Shown piece after piece: positions 1-13,244 of a stretch of 64,000 nucleotides of DNA. The stretch's first letter is position 1, and every line of letters begins with the position of its first letter. A model generated the notes under the pieces. It did no database searches. It saw nothing but the letters and a program-made list of their open reading frames with translations, and was not told the DNA's origin. The translations under genes and the position numbers were made by a program. This DNA is from Octopus bimaculoides (lineage: Eukaryota), in assembly GCF_001194135.2 (NCBI RefSeq), contig NC_068986.1, positions 29,793,642-29,857,641 of the forward strand, in the 5' to 3' direction.

Positions 1-486
1 TTTTCGAAGCTATAGTTTCTTTGATAAAGAACAATGTAAATTTTATTGCTCCGTGTTATTAATTTGACTAGCAACAACTATGTATTTGACATGTTGTTAC
101 AGTGAGTCATTGGCATAGATTTCTAAGCCGATTCCTATGTGAATCGAGAATTTCTATGTAACACACTCTAACACACTCGCAGCTTTGATCCTTCCAGAGT
201 AATTATAGGAATATTGGAGTGGACTGAGTGTGCTTAATTAAGTGTGCAAGCATAATAAGTAGTTAGTAATCAGCTATGAAGCTTCGTTACTTTATTCTTC
301 AGCTGAGTGCTACATGTTTATTTAATTAACACTTTGCCTAACCCTTAAAACATGGGAGTCTCACTAAAGTATATGGAATTTTAGCAACTTTGAAATATGT
401 TTTTGTTAGACGTTAATGTTTTTTCTATTCAATTTGGTGGTCTGATGCCAGTAAAGTTAGGTGGAACTTAATCTTACTAATACACA

Positions 487-550
487 CAATTTCAACATAT
501 GTGATAGGGTTATGTAATAATTACATAAACCTATCACATATAGTAAATTG
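487..550. other. Near-perfect inverted repeat / hairpin
   Basis: Arms 497-518 and 520-541 are reverse complements with one mismatch; an outer CAATTT (487-492) pairs with AAATTG (545-550). Confidence 0.85.
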
Positions 551-844
551 CTTTATAGAATGCAAGATATCATAACAGATATTGAATTCTTTTTCTGACT
601 TTGGAAATGGTTAGAACTAGAAAAGTGAGGTAAAATTCATTTTCATTTCGATAATTTCTACTTAGCAAAAGATTAATTAGGTTTGATTTAGTGGAAATAT
701 ATTGAGTAAATTATGATAAAGAAATTAATTTTGTTTATATCTGTGTGTGTTTTGTTAACTACTAAAGTCTTGTTTTATTCTTAAGTTCAGATGTACTTCT
801 AAAATACTTGTGTGTATTTGTGTACATACGTGCACTCATATATC

Positions 845-967
<123 letters not shown>

Positions 968-2894
968 CTATGTGTATGTATATATATATAATCTCCATCC
1001 ATCCATGCACACATACATCCAGGCACACGGTCATAAAAGAACAGATGATTTCTCCTCCTCCTTAGCTTGTTCCTTTAGGCATCATGGGTCTGTATCATCA
1101 GAAAGTACCACATGAAAGACAGAGGGTGACATGGAGGTGGTGGTGATAGCAACAAAAAAAAAAAAAGAAAAAACAATATTTAAAAGTATATTCTTCAAGC
1201 TGTTGTCATGCTCATTAACTCCCACTAGTTCTACACAAATGACAAATTACTGGATTCTCTGCCCTGTCCTGGGGCACTAATTGTAGCGCACAGTGAACGA
1301 AGGAGGTTGACACTGTGTTTGTATGTTAGCATGCTAGGAGCAGATGGTCTTTAAGATGTTGGAACTGGTTTGTTTTGTTGACAGAATAGAAAGTTAATCA
1401 CAAGTTCTTTAAACAATTATTAGTCAAAATAAATTTTTTAAATTCAATTTATTTTTGTCTTTTCCTCTCTCTTTTCCCTACTCCTTTTAAAGCTTCCATT
1501 TATTCCGTCAGTCATTGATTTCTATTATTTCATCTACAAACCTTTCTGTTTTATAGACGGATGTTATATAATATTGTTCAAGTATTCACATTCTAATCTA
1601 CTTTTATTGGCAGTGGATGATTCACACCTCTGTGTATGTATGTAATGACGTGTACCAGTTTTGTTGTTGCCTTATGTGTTATCCTCTTACCCTTTTGGCC
1701 GGTAATCAAACTTAGTTGGTATGCTGATCTGCTCTAGAGTTTCTGTATTAAGATTATAACTTTTACTGTCTCTTTTAACTTTGCCTCACCAAAAGAGATC
1801 ATTCCCAAACGGAATTGGATTTCCCCTATTTTCAGCTGATTGTTTAAACCAACTTCAAAACAAAATACTTTCTTTCTCTCAACTCTGTCTCTATTTCTCA
1901 ACTCTCTCTTTCTGTTTCTCTCTCTCTCTCTCTCACTATCTTTTTTAATTATCGGACACACTTTCGCTCTAAGAGAGATGTGGATAGTTTTTTTTTTTTT
2001 TTACCCCTATACCAGTGTCGTTTGGACTACACTAGATGGAACAAATACATCACTTGCACACATATCTCTGTGTGCGTGCGTACAAGTATACATGCATAGT
2101 ATGGGAGCAAGCAAACCTGAATGCAATGAAATAAGTTACAACTGTACTGGAGAAAAACTTCAGTTTGAAGGAAGAGTCCTGGTTTAGTGTACCTGTGTAT
2201 GTGTGTGTGTGTCAAATAGCTCAAGTGTTCATACTTGACATTAAAGAAATAGTATTCATTGTTTTAGTGAAGTAGCTCACTAACACTGTCATGTACTTAC
2301 AAGTCACATTTTACAATGACCTACACTTGACAGACTTTTGTTCGTGTTGTTATTGTTAAAACAGTCAATGCTTTGTTCATGACTTGCTCATAGTATCTCT
2401 ACACTTATATGTATGTTTGTGTGTGTGCTTATTGCTATATCTAAATGAGTGTGTAGGTATGCTCACGATTTTTCCCAGCATAAACACATACACTTATTAC
2501 ATTTTTACAGGCGTTTCTGCATAAGTACACACCTGCACACATGTATATCCTGATAACATCTGCACATATGCATTGTATGTCCATTTGCCAAATAAGCACT
2601 AGTGCTTGTATAAAATGGATGTACACACTTATGTAGTACACACATGCACACACAAAATAGTCATATAATAAATTTTTTTTTTTTTTTTAAATTCATGTTT
2701 CATAATTTACCAAAAATAGCTCTAACATTTAATTAGATATTTTCAACACCATTTTTATTTTTTTATCAAAGCTTTTGACATTTCAGAAATTTTGATCAAA
2801 ATCGGTATAACTTCTGAAAACATTCTTTCTTTTCATGTTTGGATTTTAATGAACACAAAATTAGAAAATCACCATGTAAATTATTATTATTGTT

Positions 2895-3110
2895 AAGTTG
2901 GCGAGCTGGTAGAATCGTTGGCATGTGGGACAAAATGCTTAGTGACTTTTCGGCTGTCTTTATGTTCTGAGTTCAAATGCTGCCAAGGCTATCTTTGCCT
3001 TTCATCCTTTCTGGGTTCACAAAATAAGTACCAGTTGTGTATTGGGGTCAATGTAATTGACTAACACCCTCTTAACTTTTTCAGGCCTTGTGCCTAAAAT
3101 AAAAATGATT
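2895..3110 (+). mobile_element. tRNA-derived SINE, family B (diverged copy)
   Basis: GGCGAGCTGGTAGAA head, GAGTTCAAAT B-box and GCCTTTCATCCTTTC.GGG..ATAAGTACCAG core; aligns with 4435-4668. Confidence 0.8.
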
Positions 3111-3468
3111 ATTATTATTATCATTATTGCTTGACTGCCAAACAATCTTTGTGGTATGCATGACCCTTTACCATACCCCTAAAACATTCTGGTATATTCC
3201 TCCCCTATTTATTCTGTAACTTTTTGCATACGTAATAAAGTAGTGGTTAAATCCAAGACTTGTTGATCTACATTCAGGCATTGAGTGTGATCCATACACT
3301 TTTCAAACTTTTTAACTTAAGGTGACAGCTCTTCCCTCTGAGCCATAAAACTGCATTTAATTGTTTTTTCATTCAGGTAACTAAAATGCTTATCAGAATT
3401 TCTGTCTTAATAAGACACTATCATACATACACTCATATGTACATAACCTAGAAGGGTTTTTGTCAAAC

Positions 3469-3622
3469 ACAGGAGTGGCTGTGTGGTAAGACGTTTGCTT
3501 CTCAATCACATGGTTCTGGGTTCAGCCCCACTGCATGGCATCTTGGGCAAGTGTCTTCTATAGCTTCAGGCCAACCAAAGTCTTGAGTAGATTTGGTAGA
3601 CGGAAACTGAAAGAAGCCCGTC

Positions 3623-3663
<41 letters not shown>

Positions 3664-3857
3664 GTTTGTGTGTCTGTTTATCCCCCACCATTGCTTGACA
3701 ACCGATGTTGGTTTGTTTATGTCCCCGTAACTTAGCAGTTTGGCAAAAGAGACCGATAGAATAAGGACTAGGCTTACAACGAATAAGTCCTGGGGTTCAA
3801 CTAAAGGTGGTGTTCCAGCATGACCACAGTCAAATGACTAACAAATAAAAGAATAAA
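3469..3857 (+). mobile_element. tRNA-derived SINE, family A, with internal (TA)n
   Basis: GGAGTGGCTGTGTGG A-box, GGTTCAGCCC B-box, a CTTGGGCAAGTGTC motif like the CORE-SINE/MIR CCTTGGGCAAGT, and a tail shared with 13951-14300. Confidence 0.88.
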
Positions 3858-3862
3858 CCCAT

Positions 3863-4136
3863 TACTTATTTTTAAAGTCTGGTACTTAATTTATCTTTAT
3901 TGCCAAACTGTTAAGTTATGGGAATGCAAACAAACCAACACTGGTTATCAAAAGACGCACACAAATTCATATGCACATGATCAGCTTATTTCACTTTCCA
4001 TCTACCAAATTCACGCACACAAGCACTGGTTGGCTTTGGGCTGTAGTAGAAGACACTTGTCCAAGGTGCCACACAGTGGGACTGAACCTGAAACCATGCG
4101 GTTTCAAAGTGAGCTTCTTAACTACACAGCCTGCAT
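3863..4136 (-). mobile_element. SINE family A, diverged copy, inverted relative to the adjacent copy
   Basis: The reverse complement matches both the head (GACACTTGTCCAAGGTGCCACACAGTGGGACTGAACC) and the tail segment of family A. Confidence 0.8.
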
Positions 4137-4434
4137 CTGTGTGTGTATGTTTATATATATATGTAATTATTTGGACTTTGGATATATGTCTATTTGTATG
4201 CCAGTTAAAGCATATTCACGGTTTGGGCTTCCTGATGTTATCCACAGTTGGGATATAATTTTCACTGGATCTGTGTCAGGAAATCTGCAGTGTTGGTAGA
4301 GTTTATAATTGATGAAGGAAACGGAAAATGGGTTTAGTATTAGAAATTCGTACTAAATCCATCTTTTGTTTCCTTCATCAGTTTATTTGTTAGCAGGATC
4401 CTGTTAAATTAGGTTGGTAGAAACAGTGCAGAGT

Positions 4435-4668
4435 TGAGGTGGCGAGCTGGTAGAAACGTTAGCACGCTGGGCGAAATGCTTAGCGGTATTTCATCTGCCA
4501 CTACATTCTGAGTTCAAATTCCACCAGGGTCAACTTTGCCTTCCATCCTTTCAGGGTCGATAAATTAAGTACCAGTTATACACTGGGGTCACTCTAATCG
4601 ACTTAATCTCTTTGTCTGTCCTTCTTTGTCCCCTCTATGTTTAGCCCCTTGTGGGCAGTAAAGATATA
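4435..4668 (+). mobile_element. tRNA-derived SINE, family B, full length with TSD
   Basis: 16-bp target-site duplication AGAAACAGT(G/A)CAGAGT at 4419-4434 and 4669-4684. The central GCCTTCCATCCTTTCAGGGTCGATAAATTAAGTACCAG resembles the Meta/MESC-type SINE domain (from memory, unverified). Confidence 0.9.
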
Positions 4669-5153
4669 AGAAACAGTACAGAGTCCTGTTGAAAGAATTT
4701 GAACTAGCTTTCAGTTCTGACATTAATTTGATATCTTGGTGCATTTCTTTCTGCTACAGCAACCTAAAAGTTATGGCCCCCCCCCCCTTCTCCTTTTTCC
4801 TTTTGAGTAAGCTATAAAACAAAATGTCCATTTACTGATTAGATTTATGAGACTGTTTGTCATCTCTGCTGAACTTTAGTTAGTGATCTTTACCTTAACC
4901 ATTGTGTGTTAATGTGCTAAAGTGATAAAGTTTCCTATATTCATTGTCATTTGTAGTGAAATGCCTGTTAAATCATGTAGCTAGCATTTATCTTCTTATT
5001 ATAGTGATGATTATGTGACTGAAATGCCTCTCTTTCTATCCTTGCTCCTTAAGTCAAATTACAAAAAAAAACTTTAGTAATAATTGCAAGACCAAAAAAG
5101 AACTTCATCAGACAGCTGAAGCCTGGAATTGAACCAGAGTTAGGGGGTTTCTT

Positions 5154-5369
5154 TTGACCCTTAGCATTCAGATTACTGTCAAATGTAATGCTTCTTAAGT
5201 CACTTTTGTTTTGAATTAATCACACATTTTTTTGTAGCTTCAAGATTTCTATGAAGTGATTGCTTATTTTTGACATGGCATTGTATGATAGGTTCGAGAG
5301 TCTGGATCTGGTCAGTTTGTACATAAAACGGGTAGAATATTATGGCCAGTTTGAATGCTAAAGTGTTAT
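5154..5369 (+). mobile_element. piggyBac-like MITE (family F), diverged
   Basis: Ends TTGACCCTTAGCATT...AATGCTAAAGTGTTAT are a degenerate TTAA+CCCTTTAGCATT TIR; the interior aligns with four other copies. Confidence 0.75.
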
Positions 5370-5965
5370 TCTAACATTCTCTTAATGGAGCCATTTCAGT
5401 TTTTTGCAAACGGCTTCGTGATTTATAGAGATGTCTTTAAAATAGGAATATTTTGCTAAAGTATACCAAACAGAATACATTAAATACTGGCTTAAGAGAA
5501 AATCCAGCTCCAAATTTAAAAAGTAATTTAAAATGTATTAGCTTTTTTTTTTGTTTTGTACAGTTTTTACACCTTTATTTTGCTTGTTTTGTTTTTTGTT
5601 TGAGATCTATGTTTTTTGCAGAAGTAATAATAGAACAATTGTGTTGCATGTATGCATACGTCTTAGACATATCAGGGTTTATTAAATACAATTCAATTGT
5701 TACTTGACCTGCTGAAAATAGCAGTCAAAACTCTCACAAATCAAAGGATACACTGAACAATATAGTTTCTGATATGCAAACAATGGAACTGTTATGAATG
5801 ACCAGGACTAAACTCCTAAGTTCTGTATACCCTAGGAATATAGTTGGTATATGTAACCTAAAATCACATATGTTTTATACACTCAGTGATTTATGAAAAA
5901 CAACACCTGACAAAACGTTGAGCCGAAAGAAAAAGTAGTAACTTTAAGAGACTACTTGCTGTTGT

Positions 5966-6109
5966 CATCATCATCATCATCATCATCATCGTTTAACGTC
6001 CACTTTCCATGCTAGCATGGGTTGGACGATTTGACTGAGGACTGGTGAACCAGATGGTTACACCAGGCTCTAATCTGATTTAGCAGAGTTTCTACAGCTG
6101 GATGCCCTT
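5966..6109 (-). mobile_element. 5'-truncated retroposon 3' end with (GAT)n tail (family E, RTE-like)
   Basis: (CAT)n-CGTTTAACGTC...GGATGCCCTT; near-identical to 6428-6635 and 11174-11286. Confidence 0.85.
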
Positions 6110-6427
6110 GTTTCATGTTATTTGTACTATTTAGTGAGGAACACTTCTGCATATAAGAGTAGTCTTGATGAGTGGTATGTATCCTAACATTAGAATTCAG
6201 CTGGGATAGAAAGCCTTAATATCGTTTTTATTGCTAAAATACATAAATATTGTATGAACGTTAAATGTTCAACTTAAAACCTGATGCCTTGTTTCTCATG
6301 TACGATGGCCTCTATTGTACATATTGTTTGAAATATCTGAATGTAGAAAAAAATGAGCATTTTATCAAAGACTTGAACCATCATTTTAATTTTCATTTTT
6401 CCCTGTTTGCATGGGTCAGATGGAATT

Positions 6428-6635
6428 TCATCATCATCATCGTTTAACGTCCGCTTTCCATGCTAGCATGGGTTGGACGATTTAACTGAGGACTGGTAAA
6501 CCAGATGACCACACCAGGCTCCAATCTGATTTGGCAGAGTTTCTACAGCTGGATGCCCTTCCAAATGCCAACCACTCCGAGAGTGTAGTGGGTGCTTTTA
6601 CGTGCCACCGGCACGAAGGCCAGTCAGGAGGTACT
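6428..6635 (-). mobile_element. Family E retroposon 3' end, longer copy
   Basis: Same tail as above. Contains GGATGCCCTTCC...GCCAACC, a motif I recall from RTE-clade 3' UTRs. Confidence 0.85.
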
Positions 6636-9600
6636 AACATGAGGCGGATTTTCGACAATTGGATACCCTTCGTTTTGTCCATCCCTACATGTTCCAAGCA
6701 TGACTAGGTGTGTTTTCATGGCTGGTTAGAAAGAATGAGACCACATGTATGGCTGTGACACTCATTTATAGCCATCATGCAATGTCGAGACCGTTTCTGT
6801 CTAGTAAATCCACTCACAGGCCTCACTTGGCTTGGGGTTATAGGGAAAAACATATTTACCCAAGGAGCCATGCAGTGAGACTGGAACCCCAAGTGAATGT
6901 GATTTCACACAGCTATGCCTACCACTGTTCCGAAATAGGTGGAAATGAGAATATATATATATCTGAAATATAATAAAACTCACATGTAACTTTTTCTTTG
7001 TTATTGGCTTTGTAAATGCACTCAGCCAGGGGACGGTGTGTGATGTAGGTTTAATTTTTATTGCTTTCTGAAAAACTCACCAGAAAACCATGCTTTGAGT
7101 TAGCAGAGAGAGAGATAGAGAGAAAAGAATCTCGTTCTCACAGCATTATATTTATCTGTAATATATTTTAAGTAGTGTAAGAATCTATCATTAAACACTA
7201 GTTCACAACATTTATTCATGTGATTCTCTCTGTTTGTTCTCTGCTATGTAATCCTATCACCTGAGGCAGTTTTAAATGAGGTGGTTCTTCTCGTTACTGA
7301 ACAACTAGGATAATATGCCAAATTTCTGACATTATTCATTTTCCTAATATGTTTTAGATAACAGATGAACTTCCCACTTTACATTCCCTGTAATAAGTCC
7401 CAAGAATTTTGTTATACAATCTAATATATCCTCTGCCGCCATTACCACCCTTTTTGTTTCTAAGATGAAAGGATGTGATAATTGGCTTCTATCTCTTGCA
7501 AATTGAGCGACCATGTTGAAGGCCTTTCAAATTTGTTTGTAGTGGTAATGATGCGAAATTACGTGTGTGTGTGGTTTCTTTTTATATTTTTTGTTTGGTC
7601 TAATTAACTCTTTTTTAATAGTAACCATCCTCTCTTTTTCGAGGGGTTTATATCTAAATAAATAGATTTTAAATTCAACACAAAGATGATCAACTTTTTA
7701 ATTACATCTTATTTTGTAAATTGTGGAAACTAGCCTGTGTGTTTGTGTTTTGTGGGTGGTGTTGGTGGTGAGGTCACTACTTTATAGTTTGACTGAAGCC
7801 AATATCCTTAATGTATGTTATAATATATATGGCCTGCCATAAAAATTGCCTAATACTAAATATAGTGTAGCTCTGATTTTTATTTGCGTAGTGTTGGTGT
7901 TGATAGAGCTTGTCTATATCAGCTTAATTGTACACAGTGAATTATTGATTGTCATTTTATAGTCATAAAGATATCAATCGTTTTGATATCTAATATGAAT
8001 AAACACATATCTGTAAATGGTGTTCCAATAACATCATTGGAAAAATGTCAAATAAATTAAATAAATATTTTAGCTTTGTCCAGGGTCAATAATATTGTTT
8101 TCCTCTCTTGTTAAGTGTTTATTGTTTCCTCAATGATTTGTAAAATCTTCTTTATTTGGTTTTAGATTTTGTAATTTTTTTTTCTCTCTCTGTCTTTTCA
8201 TTACTTTTACAACAATAGACAAGTCGTGTGCTTTATTATTATTATTATTTTATTTTTACTTTCTTCAGTTTACTTTGATAATTACTTGCTTATCAAGACT
8301 ATATATTTTGAAAATTTAGTCAAAATGACACGGGTATAATAACTGATAGTTTAATAACTTGATAGTTTAGTTAACAATAACAAGAAAAGCAATCTTTCAG
8401 GTTGTTCTTTTTATATTTTTACTTATTATTTTATTAACTTTATTTGTTAACCAATTTGTTTTTACTAGAATAATGCTAAAATGTATAAAAATGCAACATT
8501 ACTAATTACAAGTCGGCACTTATGTTGTAACGCTATATATATATATATATATATAAAATATGTTTTTCTAGTGAATGATAAAAGGTTTTTTCCTATTGTT
8601 TCCTCTCTTTCTCTCTTAGTGTAATGGTTTCCGTTAATGATTTCTTGTATAATTGAAATTGCTTAATGTGTGTAAACTTCCCATGTATGCTATTTTGTAC
8701 ATGGCTAAATACTGAATTGACAATTATTTGAGATGATAGCTGAGAAATTATAACAAAGGCATTGCTCCAGTATGGCAAAAGCTGACAGGTTGCACTGTAA
8801 GTTATGTTGGAACTGAGCAAGTTTTTTGGGTTTCCCTTTTTTTTATATGTATGGCTTAGGTCAAGAGGAAGGGGACAATGGTTAAGACCTCTTCAGGCTC
8901 TCTGAGAATGATGAGATTAATACAACTGATCATTTGTTAGTCACTTTCGGTGAGGGAGGACCTTTCAGAGAAGGCCTGAATATAGAATTCAGTACAAGAA
9001 CTGAGGAGGGGATGAAGTGAGACAGTGGTATGCAATTAGTTGATTCACAAGTTGTTGTCATAGTGATTGAATGGCAGTAGACATGTGAGGTGAGTGGACC
9101 AGTCTTTGTTAGTCTGTCAATGGAGTTCTTTTTGATGTTCTGGATTTGCTTATGGTACCATCATCCTAGTTGTAGCAACAGTACTCCATTGTAAGTAGCT
9201 GGTCTTACTTCAACCCTATGAAGCTCAACTATTTCCTGGAATTTTTTTTACAAAGACTATTTATTTCTTGTTCCTGATAAGGAAGTCTCTTTTGGTGTGC
9301 TGGGGTCATCAGGAAAGATCAAGAGCCTCTACAGGGTAGCTAGAAACGCTAGTGATAGCAGCTAAATTTCTCTCATTTGTACCCAACTTTACAAGGAAGA
9401 ACATTGAAGAACTGACCAGATCCGGCAACTTTAAATATAAGTTGGTACCATTTTTACCAAATCAGCCATTGACCTTGCTGTATTATTTTTTAGTAACAAG
9501 ATCCATATATCAACATATCTTATTACATTTGTTATTATAAAATGCTTAAAATGTTTCGAGTGATTGTTTACAATGTTTACAATGGCATCATAAGTTGGGA

Positions 9601-11173
9601 ACATTCTCTTACTCTTTTTGAGGACTAGGTTATTTTCAACTGTATATAAACAGAGAATAGTTATTTTCTCTAGTTTTTATTTTTAAAGCTACGTACTCTT
9701 TTACAGAAGGTGCGTGTTTGTGGGTAGTTATAATATGGACAGTGAGGAAGTAAATTAGATTGAAGTAATGAATGTCATGTTTGATAATACATATGCCAGT
9801 TATTGTTCCACATATGGGGAAAGTAAAATTAAATTTTCTGAAACGTTGCTAATTGGTAAAGAGCTGTAAGGTTGTGGGTGGGATGGAGAGAAACAGGGAG
9901 ATATAAAGAGTTAATGTGAACTACAAACATAATGTATTTTGAATCTTAAGGTGCAGCTTCTGAATGTGTGAACATCTTATATTTAAATTTTGTTTCTTTT
10001 TAGAAGCTACTTGTCCGATGTAATTTATGGCAAGTATGGAGGAAGTGTGTAAGTAAGTGGTAGGGTTTAGATATTCTCTTATAGTGGAGGTTATATAATG
10101 AAACAACTCCCTCAACCACAATAAACACTGATATATACTAATATTTAATAAAACGTTAAGTAATGTTGATATTGAGAAATTATCTGCTGAATCTTTGGTA
10201 ATTGTTATTATTATTATTCTGGTACAAAGTTGTTAGGGAAGTAGAGGAAAGCATGTTTCAAGATGTCTTGCAATTTATCCAATTCCGCAAAAAATGCACT
10301 TGGTTCACTCTCCGAAGTGGTTGGCACCAGGCAAAGCATCCAGTCATTGCAGGAACCTATTGGATCCTGTCAAACCATATCAACCCATGCCAGCCTGAAA
10401 AACAAATGATTATGATGATACTTTTGTCTATGCCATTGTTTTAAACCCAGGTCAACTCTAATCTAGCAGATTTGATCAAAGGTATTTATTCAAGCTGTGA
10501 TCATCCCAGTTTATTTATTTAATCATTTATTTATTTTGGTGGGTGGGGATGTTATTCCAATGGAGTTTTATCTCTTGTACTTTTCAGATTAAAATAATAG
10601 AAATCTCCTAAGTCTGCACTGTCGTTATTTTCCTAGTTAGCGTTTTTTTTTTTAATGCTCACTGCATTAACTATGACTTGATTATAGATTTTTATGATGT
10701 GTTGATGGCCATTCTGGAGAAATTTCTCTGAATAATTTATTCTCCAAAAATATATCTGGAGCTACATTATCTTATGTCTTTCTTTTTGTTTTTTCTTTTA
10801 TGCTGGCAACATGCAATTTCAGAGTTGGCTGTTATTTCTAGCAGGTCAAGCTACCACATATAGGCTCTCTTGTTTGCTTGTTGTACATATTGTTTTCCAT
10901 GTTGATTACAGAAATGTAAAGCAAAATGATTCCTCTGTAGCTTTCTCCAGCTTTTTGGTCAAGGTATCCAAGTCTCTAACAATTTATAATATTCCTGATC
11001 TTTTTTTTTCTTTGGTTATCTGTTGTCTCTTATTTATCTTCTAGTTTGAGAAATCCTTGCCCGCCCCACACCTGAAAAAAAAGCTAAGCCACTCCAAGAA
11101 AAAAAAAAGACAAATCAATCATAATGAATGATACACAAACCACTTAGATTACTGGCAATTGCTTCAGGTTAAC

Positions 11174-11286
11174 CATCATCATCATCATCATCATCGTTTA
11201 ACGTCCGCTTTCCATGCTAGCATGGGTTGGACGATTTGACTGAGGACTGGTGAAACCAGATGGCAACACCAGGCTCCAGTCTGATT
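11174..11286 (-). mobile_element. Family E retroposon 3' end, short copy
   Basis: Same (CAT)n tail and body, truncated after CTGATT. More decayed copies at about 10310-10420, 19870-20020, 21376-21420, 23370-23460 and 45935-46020. Confidence 0.85.
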
Positions 11287-11915
11287 CCATGTTATGTAAT
11301 ATTACCTGATATATTCTCGCAGGCAACTTCCTACTCGTTTAGCAACCAGTTAGAAAGCCATTTTATTTTAAAATGGTTCAATCGTTTTCTTTGTTTATTA
11401 TATTTTATTTTTTAATTTTTTTTCCATCGTCTTTAATCAATGAATTTTTTTTTAATATAATAAATAAATAAAAATCTAAATTAAATTTACCCTTATATTG
11501 TTCAATTATTCCACTTAATTAGTTATACCATAATTGAAAAAAATAAAAACCAACAAAAACAATGAAAGGAAAAAAAATATCACTTTCAAATGTATTTATA
11601 ATGAAGAAAGAAAAAGAAAGGGGGGGGAAAAATCTAAGCAGCTATTGATTTATAAAATTATAAAAGCTGGCAATTAATACACTTTTAATGGAAGCTAAAT
11701 AGATAACTATTGTAGATATTTTGCTTTGGTTTTTAGCCTTTACTAAAAGATGACATACTTTATGAAATTAGAGAATGCATGTGAATGGCAGTCCACATAT
11801 CTAGTGGAGCACTTCATATTGTTTGGTTAGCTCAGCCAGGCCATGACCACTGGCATTCCTACTGGGACTATCCCATCTAATTTATGAAACATTGTGTCCA
11901 TTTTTTCTTCTTCTT

Positions 11916-12385
11916 TTAACCCGTTAGTATTTAAACTGACTTCATCTGGCCCAATATTCTACCTGTTTTATGTTCAAAATGGCTGGATCCAGCTTCTTAT
12001 ACCTACCCTACAATGTCATTCTAAAAAATAAACAACCACACCAAAACCTCAAAGCTACAAGACAATGCATGATTAATTCAAAGCCATGTGAATAAGTGAC
12101 CATTACAATAAATGACTGAGAGGTGGGGCACATAGCTTAGTGGTTAGGGTGCTGGACTCATGATTCTAAGATTGTGGTTTCAATTCCTGGACCAGATGAT
12201 GGGTTATGTTCTTGTGCAAATCACTCCATTTCTCACTGTTCCAGTCCACTCAGATGGTGAAAATGATTCATCCCGTTCCTGTGTTGGCCTGGCGTCCCAT
12301 CCAGGAAACCGGTCCTTAGCTCCTTATGGACTTATGATGTGGACTAGCTCCATATTTGACAGTAGACTGAATACTAATGGGTTAG
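11916..12385 (-). mobile_element. piggyBac-like MITE (family F) interrupted by a SINE
   Basis: TTAACCCGTTAGTATTTAAACTG left end. The right end ATTTGACAG...GAATACTAATGGGTTAG resumes after the SINE. Confidence 0.75.
12121..12345 (+). mobile_element. tRNA-derived SINE, family D, nested in the MITE
   Basis: TAGCTTAGTGG A-box and GTTTCAATTCC B-box; aligns with the reverse complement of 52756-52959. Confidence 0.8.
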
Positions 12386-12649
12386 GACCATAGAGTGTAT
12401 ATTCAAGGGAGATTTGGCTGCTATTTCTAGCACGATGATCGACTACATAGAGGCTCCATCAATGGCTCCCTAACACATTTTATATGTTGAATGTGTCACA
12501 GTAAAAACAAAAAGTTTAATGTGTGTATATGCCTAGGAATTATTTTATATTGTTGCTGACAATAATGAAATTTTTACAGTCTTCTGACCTTTGTTTTCTT
12601 AGCCCATTCCTTGCTATATTGTTAACTAGCTTTTCAATGTGTTATATTA

Positions 12650-12692
<43 letters not shown>

Positions 12693-13046
12693 CTTGCATA
12701 TCATACTAAAATAGTTTTGTGAGTTCTAAAGATATCCTGATTTCCAGAAGTTGCCTTTATCTCTACATATTTCATAGACATTCACAGGAAATCTTGTTGG
12801 TTAGCCTCAGGTCAAGCAAACCAAACTCGGTACCTCGATGACTGTCTTATCCAAAGTGTCCTCTCTACACCCATTTTGATTTTTGTGATTTGAAGGAGAT
12901 TGGGCTGTTATTTTTAGCAGATTGACTAATGGCATAGATGCTCGTTTGTTAGCTGTTTTTTTGGCTAAAGTATTTTGTGACAGCAGAAAATGCCTGGCTG
13001 TAGATGCAAACTTGATTTTGTTCGCAAACATTTGTATGTGTGTGTG

Positions 13047-13093
<47 letters not shown>

Positions 13094-13204
13094 TTGCTTG
13101 TGTGTGTGTGTGTATACATGCATCCACATACACAAATTAAAGATGAACAGCAAAATAAAATCTAGTAATGATTTTATTAATGTTGCAACAGTTTACAGAA
13201 CATT

Positions 13205-13244
<40 letters not shown>

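Noticed and set aside
8860-9480. Possible decayed LINE (CR1-like) reverse transcriptase on the minus strand; similar CT-rich stretches near 19560 and 56300
   Set aside because: The composition is suggestive, but I could not recover any recognisable RT motif.
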